A DNA stretch of 64,000 nucleotides, from positions 1-64,000 of the forward strand of contig JANLPS010000019.1 of assembly GCA_031367385.1 (NCBI GenBank), written 5' to 3'. The notes under the pieces were generated by a model. It saw only the letters and a program-made list of their open reading frames with translations, did not search any database and had not been told where the DNA came from. The stretch comes from Archangium sp. Its GTDB lineage: Bacteria; Myxococcota; Myxococcia; Myxococcales; Myxococcaceae. The position numbers and the translations under genes are program-made. Below are positions 19,097-28,644 of the stretch, one piece after another; the first letter of the stretch is position 1; every line of letters begins with the position of its first letter.

Positions 19097-20234
19097 TGGC
19101 CTCGCGGAGCGTTCGCGCGAAGGTGGGCGTGGTCAGTAACACCGTGAGCCCCGAGGGAGTCGTGATCTCCACCCGAACGCAGCTCCGCGGAGCCCTGTCA
19201 TCTCCGTGATGCGCTGCGACGGAGACCTTGGTGATCGCCCTGAGCGAGAAGTTGAACAGCAATCGCAGCGTGCCCTTGCTCACTGCAAAGAAATTGATGA
19301 TCAGGTCGGTGATCATCGCGTGGCTGATCGTCGGTTTCGCGCGTGAAGGGTCTCGGTTCAGTCCCCATCCGGTCACGGCGCCCCACGCTCGCGGCGGCCG
19401 AGGCTTCGTCGAATCATACGAGGTAGGCTCCGGTGAGCAGCGCGCCGCCGCGCCGACCGGAAGATCATCGATGACCTCGTAGCCCTCCGGCACCGACTCG
19501 AGCGCTCGCGTGACCCCGGCAGCTTCCGGCCACGCGGTCGTCGTGACGGTGAGCTCTCCGTACTCGGCGAGACCCTTCAGACGCGTACCGAGCGTGATGC
19601 GCCGACGAGAGGCCTTCGAGAACCAGCTCCACGCGACCGTGGCTGGCTGGGGCACCTTGAGGGTGGAGGCGACCGAGCCGTCGAGGCCCAGGAGCTTGAG
19701 CGAACCGTGGTTGTTCGCGAGCACCGCGAAGTCACCTTCGGCGGTGAACCCCGCACTGTGCGCCGGCAGCAGGGTCAGCACCCGTGCCGTGAAAGAGCTC
19801 GGCTTGCGGGTCAGCTCGAGCAAGGCGAAGTGCGTTCGGCTGACGCTCGCGAGCCCGAAGAGCTTCCCCGCTCGCCGCGTCAGGGAGCGGAGCGACAGGG
19901 AGGCGTGGCCCTTTCCCGCATGCCGGTCGATCTGGTTCACCTTCAACGGAGCCGTCGCACGGGCCTTCTTGCCTTGCAAGGTCGCTTCGATGATCGCCGT
20001 GCCGTGCACCACGTGAAACGCGTCGCTCATCACCAGCGTGAGCAGGTCTCCTTCGAGGTGGTGGCTCAGCACGTGTCGATCATGACTTCGCGCGAGCGTA
20101 TGCGTACGCTTCGTGCGGCCTTCGAAGATCACGATTTGCGCCGGCGTCTTCCCAGCCCAGGGGTGACCCACCCACACCGTGCGCTCGGGGGCCCGCGACA
20201 CACTCTGGACTTGGGCGGTGGGCAACGCGGGCAT
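19083..20234 (-). CDS. Hypothetical beta-rich protein (start may be 20288)
   Basis: C-terminal ~380 aa of the long ORF; the upstream part is an overlap with the neighbouring gene. Confidence 0.55.
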   Translation of the reverse strand: MPALPTAQVQSVSRAPERTVWVGHPWAGKTPAQIVIFEGRTKRTHTLARSHDRHVLSHHLEGDLLTLVMSDAFHVVHGTAIIEATLQGKKARATAPLKVNQIDRHAGKGHASLSLRSLTRRAGKLFGLASVSRTHFALLELTRKPSSFTARVLTLLPAHSAGFTAEGDFAVLANNHGSLKLLGLDGSVASTLKVPQPATVAWSWFSKASRRRITLGTRLKGLAEYGELTVTTTAWPEAAGVTRALESVPEGYEVIDDLPVGAAARCSPEPTSYDSTKPRPPRAWGAVTGWGLNRDPSRAKPTISHAMITDLIINFFAVSKGTLRLLFNFSLRAITKVSVAAHHGDDRAPRSCVRVEITTPSGLTVLLTTPTFARTLREAIKKR

Positions 20235-20394
20235 TCGACCCGCTTCACCATGAGCAGATCGCGATTCAATGACGAGACGCAGCGGCATGGGCGGTTCTTG
20301 CCCCGAATGCCGCAGGCCCGCTACCCGCTTCTCAATGCCCTGCGGCCCCGGGCGCTGTCGGCTGAGGCGGCTGACTTCGACATTCTGGAGGCCC

Positions 20395-21273
20395 TCAGCG
20401 GCGCAGCGACAGCGCTTGCACCAGGTAGACCTCGAGGTGCCTGGGCGAGTGCCGCCGCAGCCAAGGGGCGCCCTCGAGCAGATCATCGACCTTGAAGCCC
20501 ACGCCCTGGGCGAGTGACGCCACCGTCGAGTCGTCGTGCTCGGGGTCATTGAGCGAAGGCTCAGGCGTGCACAGCAGCAACCGGCCTCGGTGTCGCAGCG
20601 CTCGATGGGCTGAGACGAAGAAGTCACCGGGCGCCTCGAGCAGGTCGACCACGTTCTCGGCGACCAGCGAATCGACGACGCCCTTTTGCACCGGCACCGC
20701 GGTCGCATCGCCGACCACCGGCAGCCCGCCCGAGCGCTGGCTCGCTTGCAGCACCGCGCGCAGCGACAGGTCGATGACCACCAGGCGTTTGGCCGCTGAC
20801 AGCTTCTCCGAGAGCAGCCCCGCCCCGCAGCCGACCTCGACCACGCAGTCACCCTCGACTCGCGCCGCGAGCCATTCACGCACCGACTGCACTTCAGACA
20901 GGGTGATCAGCTCGGCAAGTGCCTGGCTGCCGACCCCTTCAATCATGGTCGGAGGCGCTCGCCCTTCGAGCTCTTCGCGGGTCCAATCGTCGCCGAAGCG
21001 CTGGGCCTCTTCGCCTGGCAACCCCTCGGCGAAGGCCCGCAGGGTGCTCAGCGAGAGATCATCGGCCAGGCTCACCTCGGCCAGCGCCGCGAGCGCCGAG
21101 TCGTAGAACGACGCGCACCACCGCGCGGGCTCAGGCACCAGAATCGGTACACCGCCCAGCACGGGGTAGACGCCACAGCTGCGGCACCGAAGCACGGTGC
21201 CAGCGGCGGCGAGCTTCTTCGAGCACCGAGGGCACCCGAGTACCGACAGTGACCACCCGACCATGACGCTCAT
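20395..21273 (-). CDS. SAM-dependent methyltransferase with N-terminal Trm112-like zinc ribbon
   Basis: CPRC…CRSC…YPVLGGVPIL; VEVGCGAG; GDATAVP; ATGA overlap with the pilin-like gene. Confidence 0.8.
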   Translation of the reverse strand: MSVMVGWSLSVLGCPRCSKKLAAAGTVLRCRSCGVYPVLGGVPILVPEPARWCASFYDSALAALAEVSLADDLSLSTLRAFAEGLPGEEAQRFGDDWTREELEGRAPPTMIEGVGSQALAELITLSEVQSVREWLAARVEGDCVVEVGCGAGLLSEKLSAAKRLVVIDLSLRAVLQASQRSGGLPVVGDATAVPVQKGVVDSLVAENVVDLLEAPGDFFVSAHRALRHRGRLLLCTPEPSLNDPEHDDSTVASLAQGVGFKVDDLLEGAPWLRRHSPRHLEVYLVQALSLRR

Positions 21274-21845
21274 TCGGAGACGTCGTCTCGCTCGTGAAAC
21301 AGCTCGCCAGGCGCAATGGTTTGCCCGGCGTGCTCGCGCGCCGCCGACGAGATGCTCCACACGTCGAGCGTGTCATCGGTGTCGATGTTGCCGGCGCACG
21401 CTCCGACGAAGGTGCAATCAGGGCACTCGCCTTCGACCCCGGGCAACTGGTCTCCAGCCAAGGGTGGCAGGCTGTCTTCATCGACCGGAGCGCTCTCGCG
21501 AGAGGTCGGGTTGATGATCAACTCGGGGCCTCCGAAGTACGTGTACCGCTTCGACCCGGCCGTCGAGAACATCGACAGGTCGGCGGCGTCATCGGCGTAG
21601 TCGGCTTTCTCGGCGAAGTAGGCCTGCTGGGCGACGTACATCGACTTGAGGGTGGTCTTGCACTCGGCTTGTTTCGAGCGGGCCTGAAAGCGAACGAAGT
21701 TGGGTATCGCGATCGCCGCCAGCACGCCCGAGCACATGCAGAACACCAGCAACCCGCCGACGATCAACGCGATGATCAGCAGCGTCTTGTTCGAGTTGCC
21801 CACCGGCTTCGGCGGAGGAGGCACCACGCCTGACGTGGGCGTCAT
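21270..21845 (-). CDS. PilA-like pilin-domain protein lacking a class III signal peptide
   Basis: GVLAAIAIPNFVRFQARSKQAECKTTLK resembles the myxobacterial PilA N-terminal helix; GNIDTDDTLDVWSI C-terminal motif; no GFTLIE site. Confidence 0.8.
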   Translation of the reverse strand: MTPTSGVVPPPPKPVGNSNKTLLIIALIVGGLLVFCMCSGVLAAIAIPNFVRFQARSKQAECKTTLKSMYVAQQAYFAEKADYADDAADLSMFSTAGSKRYTYFGGPELIINPTSRESAPVDEDSLPPLAGDQLPGVEGECPDCTFVGACAGNIDTDDTLDVWSISSAAREHAGQTIAPGELFHERDDVSE

Positions 21846-22588
21846 GGCAGGTCGTCACACGGCGTACCGAGGGGCTGACCGTCGAAGACGCCGAGGTCCA
21901 AGTAGACCATGCGCACGTTGCTTGGCTCGTCGAGCGGCACGTTGATCAGCTTGATCTCCTTCTTGCCCTGCACCCACTTCGGGTCTTTGCCGGTGACCAG
22001 CCGCAGCTCTCCGGTCTTGGTCGAGAAGATCATGCCCTCTGAGTCGTCGACGATGTCTTTGAGCGGCTGCATCTTCAGTTTGCCGCGGGGGCCGATGAAG
22101 AGCCGAAAGTCTCGACGCGAGTCGTCGGTCGAACGAAAGCGATCGATGAAGTAGTAGTTGGCCTTTTCATCGCGCATCAAGTGCTCGGGCAAGCGCAAGA
22201 ACCTGCGGGTCAGAATCTTGGCGCTCTCGAGCACTTTCTGGCCCTCTTCGGGCGAGAGCGCGGTGAACTTGGTGGTCTTGTCATCATCAGCGCAGGCGAC
22301 GGCCAGCTCTTTGTTGCCAGCGGGTACTGTGACCGACGCGGTGCTTTTGATTCGAGGGTCCCAGAAGTAGGCATCGGCCTTGGTGTCGTCTGAGCTGCCG
22401 CCCTTGACCGGCACTTGGTAGAGCGCCTTGTCATCACCGTAGAACAGCGCGCCGTTGGTCATGTTCTTCGGGTCCCACGCGATGACGTGCTTCTTGCCAT
22501 CGGTGCCGACGGTGAGCTTGAACGACGACACATCGACAGGCGTGGGGGTTTGCGCGACCACCACCAACGTCAGCAGGAGCAGGTTCAT
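21842..22588 (-). CDS. Secreted hypothetical protein, paralogue A
   Basis: Short signal peptide ending AQTP; shares LFYGD, GPRGK, QPLKD..DDS, GELRLV and GTPCDDLP with 24770-25576. Confidence 0.8.
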   Translation of the reverse strand: MNLLLLTLVVVAQTPTPVDVSSFKLTVGTDGKKHVIAWDPKNMTNGALFYGDDKALYQVPVKGGSSDDTKADAYFWDPRIKSTASVTVPAGNKELAVACADDDKTTKFTALSPEEGQKVLESAKILTRRFLRLPEHLMRDEKANYYFIDRFRSTDDSRRDFRLFIGPRGKLKMQPLKDIVDDSEGMIFSTKTGELRLVTGKDPKWVQGKKEIKLINVPLDEPSNVRMVYLDLGVFDGQPLGTPCDDLP

Positions 22589-22662
22589 GGCGGCGCACTA
22601 TGCCATGGAGAGCGTCAGAAGCGACAAAGCCCGGTGAACTGAGCGATAAGACTCGGCGCGCG

Positions 22663-24258
22663 ATGAACGACGACGTGTTGAGCCCAGGCATGGTGGTCGC
22701 CGAGACCTACGACGTCGAGAAGATCATCGGCCGTGGGGCGATGGGCCAGGTGTACAGCGCGCACCACCGGCGGCTCCCGGGGTTGCGGGTGGCGATCAAA
22801 GTGATGACCGGACAGGCGCTGGGGTCAGACCGGCTGTTGCGCTTTCGCCGTGAAGCCGAGATCGCCGCCAAGCTCTCGCACCCCAACATCGTGCAGATCA
22901 TCGACTACAACACCCTGCCCTCTGGGCAGCCGTACCTGGTGATGGAGTTCTTGCGCGGCGAGAACCTGCACCAGCGGCTCAAGGCCGGCCCGCTCAAGCT
23001 CGACGTGCTCAAGCGCATCGTGCGCGAGGTGGGCGCGGCGCTCGACGCGGCGCACCAAGCAGGGGTGGTGCACCGCGACCTCAAGCCCGAGAACATTTAT
23101 CTGGTGCCGACGCCGACGGGTGATCAGGCCAAGGTGCTCGACTTCGGCATCTCGAAGTTGAACGACGGCTCGGGGGTGAAGACCTCTGATTCGATGATCA
23201 TCGGCACGCCGCGCTACATGTCGCCCGAGCAGGCGATGGGTCTCAACAGCCAGCTCACCGCGCGCAGCGACATCTTCTCGTTCGCGACGATTTGCTATGA
23301 AGCGCTGACCGGTCAGCCGATGTTCGATTCAGAGAACGTGGCGCAGCTGCTCTACCAGGTCGCGCAGGTGCCGCATCACCCGCTGTTGGCGCTGGTGCCA
23401 GAGCTGCCGCAAAACGTGGCGAGGGCGATCGAGAACGCGCTCGAGAAAGACCCTGCCCGGCGAACGCCCGACGTGCTCACCTTCGTGCGCGAGTTTGCCG
23501 GAGGCGCGGTGATCAAGCGGGCGCCCACCGAAGCACCTGCCGCGGCGCTCGAGCCGGTCTCGCGTACGCAGCAGCCAACGCGCGACGAGCGGGTCGCTCC
23601 AGTGCCGCGCGATGAACAAGCGCCGCCGGCGCAGAGCCCAACGACGAGATCACTCGCGCCTGTAATCGTCACCGTGCTGGCCGCCGTGTTGGTCGTCGGA
23701 GGCGCGATCGCCTTCGCCGTGACGCTCAATCAGGTGGCCCCGAAGCCAGCGCCTGGGCCGAGCGGCGCGCTCACGCCCGTGGCAGGTCAGCCGACGCCCA
23801 CGCCCGATCCATTGGCCGAGCCAATGGCCGCTCCAGTGGCCGAGCCAGCTCCGGTCGAGCCCGATGCCGCAGGGCCGCTCCCCTCGCCCGACCCACCGCC
23901 TTCGCAAGTGGTGCCGCGCGTCGAACCGAGAGCCACACGGGTGATCAAGGCGAAGCCGATCGACACCACGCCCCTGACCGAAGAAGAAGAGACGTTGCTG
24001 ACCAGAATGCGTGCCGAACGACGAGCCGAAAACTGGCGAGCGCTGATGAACGCGATGATGCAGGTGCTCCAGTTGCCCAGAACCAGCCGGGCGCGCCAAG
24101 AAGGCCTGCTGCTGATCTTCGAGGCCGCCTGTGCGCGACGAGAGACCTCGGTCACCTCGCTCTTCAACCGCCTGGTGACCGACTACCCCGACACGGCGAA
24201 TCAAGCGGTCGAGGCCTGCCACCGTCACCTGCCAGACCAAGCCTTCGATCGACCCTGA
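22663..24258 (+). CDS. Membrane-anchored Hanks-type Ser/Thr protein kinase 1
   Basis: GRGAMG, VAIK, HRDLKPEN, DFGISK, GTPRYMSPEQ; TM helix; Pro-rich extracytoplasmic tail. Confidence 0.93.
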   Translation: MNDDVLSPGMVVAETYDVEKIIGRGAMGQVYSAHHRRLPGLRVAIKVMTGQALGSDRLLRFRREAEIAAKLSHPNIVQIIDYNTLPSGQPYLVMEFLRGENLHQRLKAGPLKLDVLKRIVREVGAALDAAHQAGVVHRDLKPENIYLVPTPTGDQAKVLDFGISKLNDGSGVKTSDSMIIGTPRYMSPEQAMGLNSQLTARSDIFSFATICYEALTGQPMFDSENVAQLLYQVAQVPHHPLLALVPELPQNVARAIENALEKDPARRTPDVLTFVREFAGGAVIKRAPTEAPAAALEPVSRTQQPTRDERVAPVPRDEQAPPAQSPTTRSLAPVIVTVLAAVLVVGGAIAFAVTLNQVAPKPAPGPSGALTPVAGQPTPTPDPLAEPMAAPVAEPAPVEPDAAGPLPSPDPPPSQVVPRVEPRATRVIKAKPIDTTPLTEEEETLLTRMRAERRAENWRALMNAMMQVLQLPRTSRARQEGLLLIFEAACARRETSVTSLFNRLVTDYPDTANQAVEACHRHLPDQAFDRP

Positions 24259-24296
24259 AGCGCGCAACTTCGCGGGGTGCTTGAAGACAATGAGCC

Positions 24297-24758
24297 ATGG
24301 CCCTCTCAATCGCAGACACTGGCACTCGCTTGAAGCTCGCGGTTCGTGATGCCGACATCAATGGCAACGGCACCTTGGCGACCCAAGAGATCAAAACCGC
24401 ACTTTCTCAGAAAATCATCACCAAGGCCGAGCGCGACTTTCTGACGCGCGTCGCGGCCGATGCGGGCAACTCGCGCGGCGGCCTCGAGCTCACCAACTAC
24501 GACCGCAAAATCGACACCTTCGTGTCGGTCGCGAAGACCGCCGACAAGGCCGGCACCACCGACGGCGTGCTGAGCAAGGCCGAGGTGAAGGCCTCTGCGA
24601 ACGAAGTCAAGGTGGGCACCACCACCGTCTGGGCCGCGCGGTCGATGTTGACGAAATTCGAACGGGTCTCGGCCACCTCGACGCCGCCGTTGACCGAGGC
24701 CGATCTCGACAAGGTTTCGGAGATGTGGAACTCGATTGAGCAGGCCGTCACGCCGTAA
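24297..24758 (+). CDS. Hypothetical protein with two EF-hand-like loops
   Basis: DADINGNGTLATQEI and DKAGTTDGVLSKAEV; no signal peptide. Confidence 0.6.
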   Translation: MALSIADTGTRLKLAVRDADINGNGTLATQEIKTALSQKIITKAERDFLTRVAADAGNSRGGLELTNYDRKIDTFVSVAKTADKAGTTDGVLSKAEVKASANEVKVGTTTVWAARSMLTKFERVSATSTPPLTEADLDKVSEMWNSIEQAVTP

Positions 24759-24769
24759 AGCAGCAGCGG

Positions 24770-25576
24770 TCACGGCAAGTCGTCGCACGGCGTGCCGATG
24801 GGCACCCCGTCGTAGACGCCGAGATCATTCATCACCAGGGTCGCGTTGCGCGGGTCATCGAGATCGAGCCGCACCAGGGTGGTCGTCTTGCCGCCCTTGA
24901 CCCACTTCGAAGGGTCGGGCTTGGGCGCCGGTTCTCCGTCGACCGCCTGAGCGTTGATGACAAGGCGAAGCTCGCCGTTCTTCGTGGTGAGCACCAGGCC
25001 GGCCGAGTCATCTGCGACGTCTTTGAGCGGCTGAGACACCATCTTGCCGCGCGGGCCGACGAAGACCCGAACGTCGCGACGCTCAGGGGTCTTGGTGCGC
25101 AGCTGATCAACGAAATAATAGACGCCCGTTTCATCGCGCAGCAGCGAGATGGGCCGTCGTTGCCAGCGCGGCTCGAAGAAGCTCGCCTCGTTCACCATCT
25201 TCGCGGCGGGCTGGGGAGAAACCGGCGTGAACGTGCGCTTGGTCTTGCACTCGACCTCGTAGCTTTTGCCCGAGTCGCGCATGGTGAGCGAAGGCCGGTG
25301 AATCGGGCTGCGAGGGTCATTGAAGACGACTGACCAGGTCTCGGTACCCGACGCGCCTCCGCCGCTTTTTTCGAGCCGGTAGAACGACTTGCCGTCGCCG
25401 TAGAAGAGCGGCTCGGGCACCGGGTGGTCGGTGATGACGTAGACCAGGTAGTGCTGGTTGCCATCGGTGAGCACCGCCATGTTCGGCAGCATCGACGTCA
25501 CATCGAACTTCGCGGGGCCCGCGGGCGCGGGGGTTTGCGCGAGGAGCACGAGCAGCGAAAGGCCAAGAGCGTTCAT
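24770..25576 (-). CDS. Secreted hypothetical protein, paralogue B
   Basis: Signal peptide ending AQTP; same motif set and GTPCDDLP terminus as 21842-22588. Confidence 0.8.
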   Translation of the reverse strand: MNALGLSLLVLLAQTPAPAGPAKFDVTSMLPNMAVLTDGNQHYLVYVITDHPVPEPLFYGDGKSFYRLEKSGGGASGTETWSVVFNDPRSPIHRPSLTMRDSGKSYEVECKTKRTFTPVSPQPAAKMVNEASFFEPRWQRRPISLLRDETGVYYFVDQLRTKTPERRDVRVFVGPRGKMVSQPLKDVADDSAGLVLTTKNGELRLVINAQAVDGEPAPKPDPSKWVKGGKTTTLVRLDLDDPRNATLVMNDLGVYDGVPIGTPCDDLP

Positions 25577-25615
25577 GGAGCGCAGCCTAAACCGAGATAT
25601 AGAGCTTCGGCGCGC

Positions 25616-27214
25616 ATGACTGGGCCCAGTTCACCATTGACGGCGGGGATGATCGTCGCCGAGACGTACGACGTCGAGCGGCTGCTCGGCAAAGGCGGCA
25701 TGGGCGAGGTGTGGCTCGCGCGGCACCTGCGGCTGGCTGGCAAGCAGGTGGCAATCAAGGTCTTGCGGGCGCTGGCGCAGAACCCCAGCGCAGAGCTGCT
25801 GTCGCGTTTTCGCCGCGAGGCTGAGATCGCCGCGCGCCTCGAGCACCCGAACATCGTGCAGGTGCTCGACTTCAATCAGCTGCCCAGCGGTGAGCCGTAC
25901 CTGGTGATGGAGTTCTTGAAAGGCGAGAGCCTCGCCGATCGCCTTCGCGCGAGCGGCGGGTCGATGCACCCAACCCAGGTGCAGGGCATCGTGCTCCAGG
26001 TCGGCTCGGCGTTGCAGACCGCGCACGCGGCCGGCGTGGTGCACCGCGACCTCAAGCCCGACAATATTTTTCTGGTGCCCACCGCGCTGGGAGACCAGAT
26101 CAAAGTGCTCGACTTCGGCATCTCGAAGCTGGCGCAGGCGAGCACGCTGCAGACGACGGAGCAGACCCTGTTGGGCACTCCGCTCTACATGTCACCCGAG
26201 CAGGCGCTGGGGCAGAACCGCGACACGACCGCGCAGAGCGATATTTTTTCGTTGGGCTCGATTTGTTACGAGCTGCTGACCGGCACGGCGCCCTTCGTCG
26301 CGGAGTCGATTGCGCAGGTGGTCTTTCGCATCGCGTACCAGCCGCACGTGCCGCTGCAGCAGATCATCTCAGGGGTGCCCGCCAACGTGGTGAACGCGGT
26401 AGAGCACGCGTTGATCAAAGATCGCGCGGCCCGAACGCCGAACATCGCGACGTTCATTCGTGAATTGACCGGCCAAGAGCTGACCGACACGGGGCGAGAG
26501 CCCAACTCGGGCGTGTACCAACCGGGCATGCAGGTCACTGACTCGCTGATGAACAACGCGACGGTCGCTCCCTCGGGCGCCGCCCCGGCCTCGAAGGTGA
26601 CTCCCTTTTCGAGATCAATGGCGCCAGTGAGCCGAGTCAGCACCGATGCCGGTGCCACCGCTGCCAAACCTTCGAGCGCCAAGTGGGTGCTGGCGGGCCT
26701 CGTGGCGGTGGCTGTGCTCGCGGCGGGTGTGGTGGTCGCGATGCGGCAGCCAGGCACCGCCCAACCGGTCAGGGTCATCGACGCCGGTCACGCGATCAGC
26801 GTCGTCGAGGCGGTCATCGATGCGGGGCCTGCCGTCGCGGTCGTCGAACCGGTCATCGACGCGGGGGTCGCCGTTGCAGTCATCGCTCCGCCTCCGACGG
26901 TGAAAGTCACGGTCGCTCCAGAGCCACCGATGCCTGAAGGTGACAAGCGCTTCGTCGACGAGATGAAGGCCCTCAAGCGCGACAAGCTTTGGGAAAAAAT
27001 GAAAGGCGTGGCGGCGACCGCGCGAAACAGCCTCAAGAGCACGGCGGGCAAGCGAGCGGTGGTGTTGCTCGCGCTCGAGGCCGACTGTGCGCTCAAAGAC
27101 ATCTCGTCGGCCACCAGCGACTACCGCCGGCTCAACGGCTTTGGCGAATCGGCGGCACTGAACAGTGCAATTCCCATCTGTCATCAGTATCTGCCTGATT
27201 GGGACCCGCGGTAA
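25616..27214 (+). CDS. Membrane-anchored Hanks-type Ser/Thr protein kinase 2
   Basis: GKGGMG, VAIK, HRDLKPDN, DFGISK, GTPLYMSPEQ; TM helix; VIDAG repeats; helical C-terminal domain with two Cys. Confidence 0.93.
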   Translation: MTGPSSPLTAGMIVAETYDVERLLGKGGMGEVWLARHLRLAGKQVAIKVLRALAQNPSAELLSRFRREAEIAARLEHPNIVQVLDFNQLPSGEPYLVMEFLKGESLADRLRASGGSMHPTQVQGIVLQVGSALQTAHAAGVVHRDLKPDNIFLVPTALGDQIKVLDFGISKLAQASTLQTTEQTLLGTPLYMSPEQALGQNRDTTAQSDIFSLGSICYELLTGTAPFVAESIAQVVFRIAYQPHVPLQQIISGVPANVVNAVEHALIKDRAARTPNIATFIRELTGQELTDTGREPNSGVYQPGMQVTDSLMNNATVAPSGAAPASKVTPFSRSMAPVSRVSTDAGATAAKPSSAKWVLAGLVAVAVLAAGVVVAMRQPGTAQPVRVIDAGHAISVVEAVIDAGPAVAVVEPVIDAGVAVAVIAPPPTVKVTVAPEPPMPEGDKRFVDEMKALKRDKLWEKMKGVAATARNSLKSTAGKRAVVLLALEADCALKDISSATSDYRRLNGFGESAALNSAIPICHQYLPDWDPR

Positions 27215-27230
27215 CGAAAGCCAAACGACC

Positions 27231-28193
27231 ATGACTCCTCGACGAATCATCTTTTCACTGAGCGTGGCCTGCGTCGCCCTCACCAGCTGCAACTTCACCG
27301 CGGGTGGCGGTGGCGGCACCGGCGGCGGCTCGGGAGGCGGCACCGGGGCGAGCTTCACCTTCAACAAGGGCTTCACCTACGTGCGCAAAGACGATCGCAA
27401 CGTCTACATCGCCGACGAGGCCGATTTTCAGACCAATGCGACCCTCACGTCGAGCGGCGGCGTGAGCAACCCAAGCCTCTCGAAGGATGGGAAGCGCATC
27501 GTCTTCGTGCAGAAGGCGGGCACGACCACCACGATTCAAACCGTGTTGACCGCGGGCAGCACGCCCAGCACGGTGTTGACGTCAGACACCCTCAAGAAGA
27601 ACTTTCGCCAGCCCGTCTTCTCGCCCAGCGGCACGCAAATCGCGTTCGCGTATGACGACGGCAACTCGACCAGCATCGGGTTGGTCAACAGCGACGGCTC
27701 GAACTTTCAAAAGCTGATCGGCGGCGGAGCCCTCGCCTACTCGCTGCCCAGCTTCGCGCCCGATGGCAACTCGGTGGTGGCGGCCGCCGGCACCGTGGGC
27801 CTCGAGCTCAAGCAAATCGAGCGCATCACTTTGGCGACGGGCCTCGCGACGAGCGTCACCAACACGCTCGGGGCTGAAGCGACGAACATCGCGAATCGCT
27901 TCTCGGTCTCACCCGATGGCACCAAGGCCGCGTTCGACGGCCAGGTCAGCTCGGGCGTGACTCGCATCTTCGTCATCGACTTGAGCACCAAGGTCGTCAC
28001 CAAGGTCAACGAGTACATGGGCGAGCCGAACACGAACGACTCCTTTCCCACCTGGTACAGCAACGGCGCGTTGGCCTTCGGCTCTGACTCGGGTGGCAAC
28101 GACAACGTGTACCGCACGACCCTCACCGGCACCGAGCGCAAGCTGCTGGTGCCCAAGGCGATCGAGGCCTGGTACGGGCCGACCGCGCAGTGA
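27231..28193 (+). CDS. TolB-like (PD40) beta-propeller lipoprotein
   Basis: Lipobox LTSC; Gly linker; repeats PSLSKDGKRIVF, PVFSPSGTQIAF, PSFAPDG, SPDGTKAAF. Confidence 0.85.
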   Translation: MTPRRIIFSLSVACVALTSCNFTAGGGGGTGGGSGGGTGASFTFNKGFTYVRKDDRNVYIADEADFQTNATLTSSGGVSNPSLSKDGKRIVFVQKAGTTTTIQTVLTAGSTPSTVLTSDTLKKNFRQPVFSPSGTQIAFAYDDGNSTSIGLVNSDGSNFQKLIGGGALAYSLPSFAPDGNSVVAAAGTVGLELKQIERITLATGLATSVTNTLGAEATNIANRFSVSPDGTKAAFDGQVSSGVTRIFVIDLSTKVVTKVNEYMGEPNTNDSFPTWYSNGALAFGSDSGGNDNVYRTTLTGTERKLLVPKAIEAWYGPTAQ

Positions 28194-28546
28194 AGTCGGC
28201 TGAAGACATCGCGAAGGCCTGGCTCGAGGCCTTCAACGCACATGACGTGCCGAAGGTGGTGGCGCTCTACGCCGATGACTGCACCCACACCTCGCCGAAG
28301 ATTCGCGCGCTGCACCCGCAGACCGGGGGCAAGCTGCATGGCAAGGCCGCCCTGACCACCTGGTGGGACGACGCGATGAAGCGCCTGCCGGGCATTCGGT
28401 ACGAGCTGACAGCGTTGACCGCCGACTCGCGGCAGGTGTTGGTTGAGTATCTGCGGCACGCTCCGAATGAGCCGGTGATGCCGGTGGCCGAGGTCTTCGA
28501 AGTACGCGACGGCTACATCACCGCGTCGCGCGTCTATCACGGGTAG
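28190..28546 (+). CDS. SnoaL/NTF2-like protein
   Basis: WLEAFNAHD…LYADD…EVFEVRDGYITASRVYHG; GTGA overlap. Confidence 0.85.
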   Translation: MKSAEDIAKAWLEAFNAHDVPKVVALYADDCTHTSPKIRALHPQTGGKLHGKAALTTWWDDAMKRLPGIRYELTALTADSRQVLVEYLRHAPNEPVMPVAEVFEVRDGYITASRVYHG

Positions 28547-28582
28547 CGAACAGCTCCTGACAGTGGAGCCGCGGCGTCAGAG
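28545..28582 (+). repeat. 38-bp direct repeat, left copy, flanking the Rhs gene
   Basis: AGCGAACAGCTCCTGACAGTGGAGCCGCGGCGTCAGAG; 35/38 identical to 33821-33858 by hand alignment. Confidence 0.9.
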
Positions 28583-28639
28583 GTGCGCGATGATCGCCTG
28601 TACGACGTGCGAGTGACGGGGCTTCAATCGGTGTTCGGC
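28582..28639 (+). pseudogene. 58-bp relic of an internal segment of the 33935-36112 lipoprotein gene
   Basis: 52/58 identical to 35095-35152, last 30 nt identical; VRDDRLYDVRVTGLQSVFG versus VRDDRPYRVRVTGLQSVFG. Confidence 0.85.
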
Positions 28640-28644
28640 CTTGA

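Noticed and set aside
26760..26880. VIDAG tandem peptide repeats in kinase 2 and DAG repeats in several lipoproteins
   Set aside because: Common myxobacterial low-complexity linkers within coding sequence; not CRISPR or mobile repeats.
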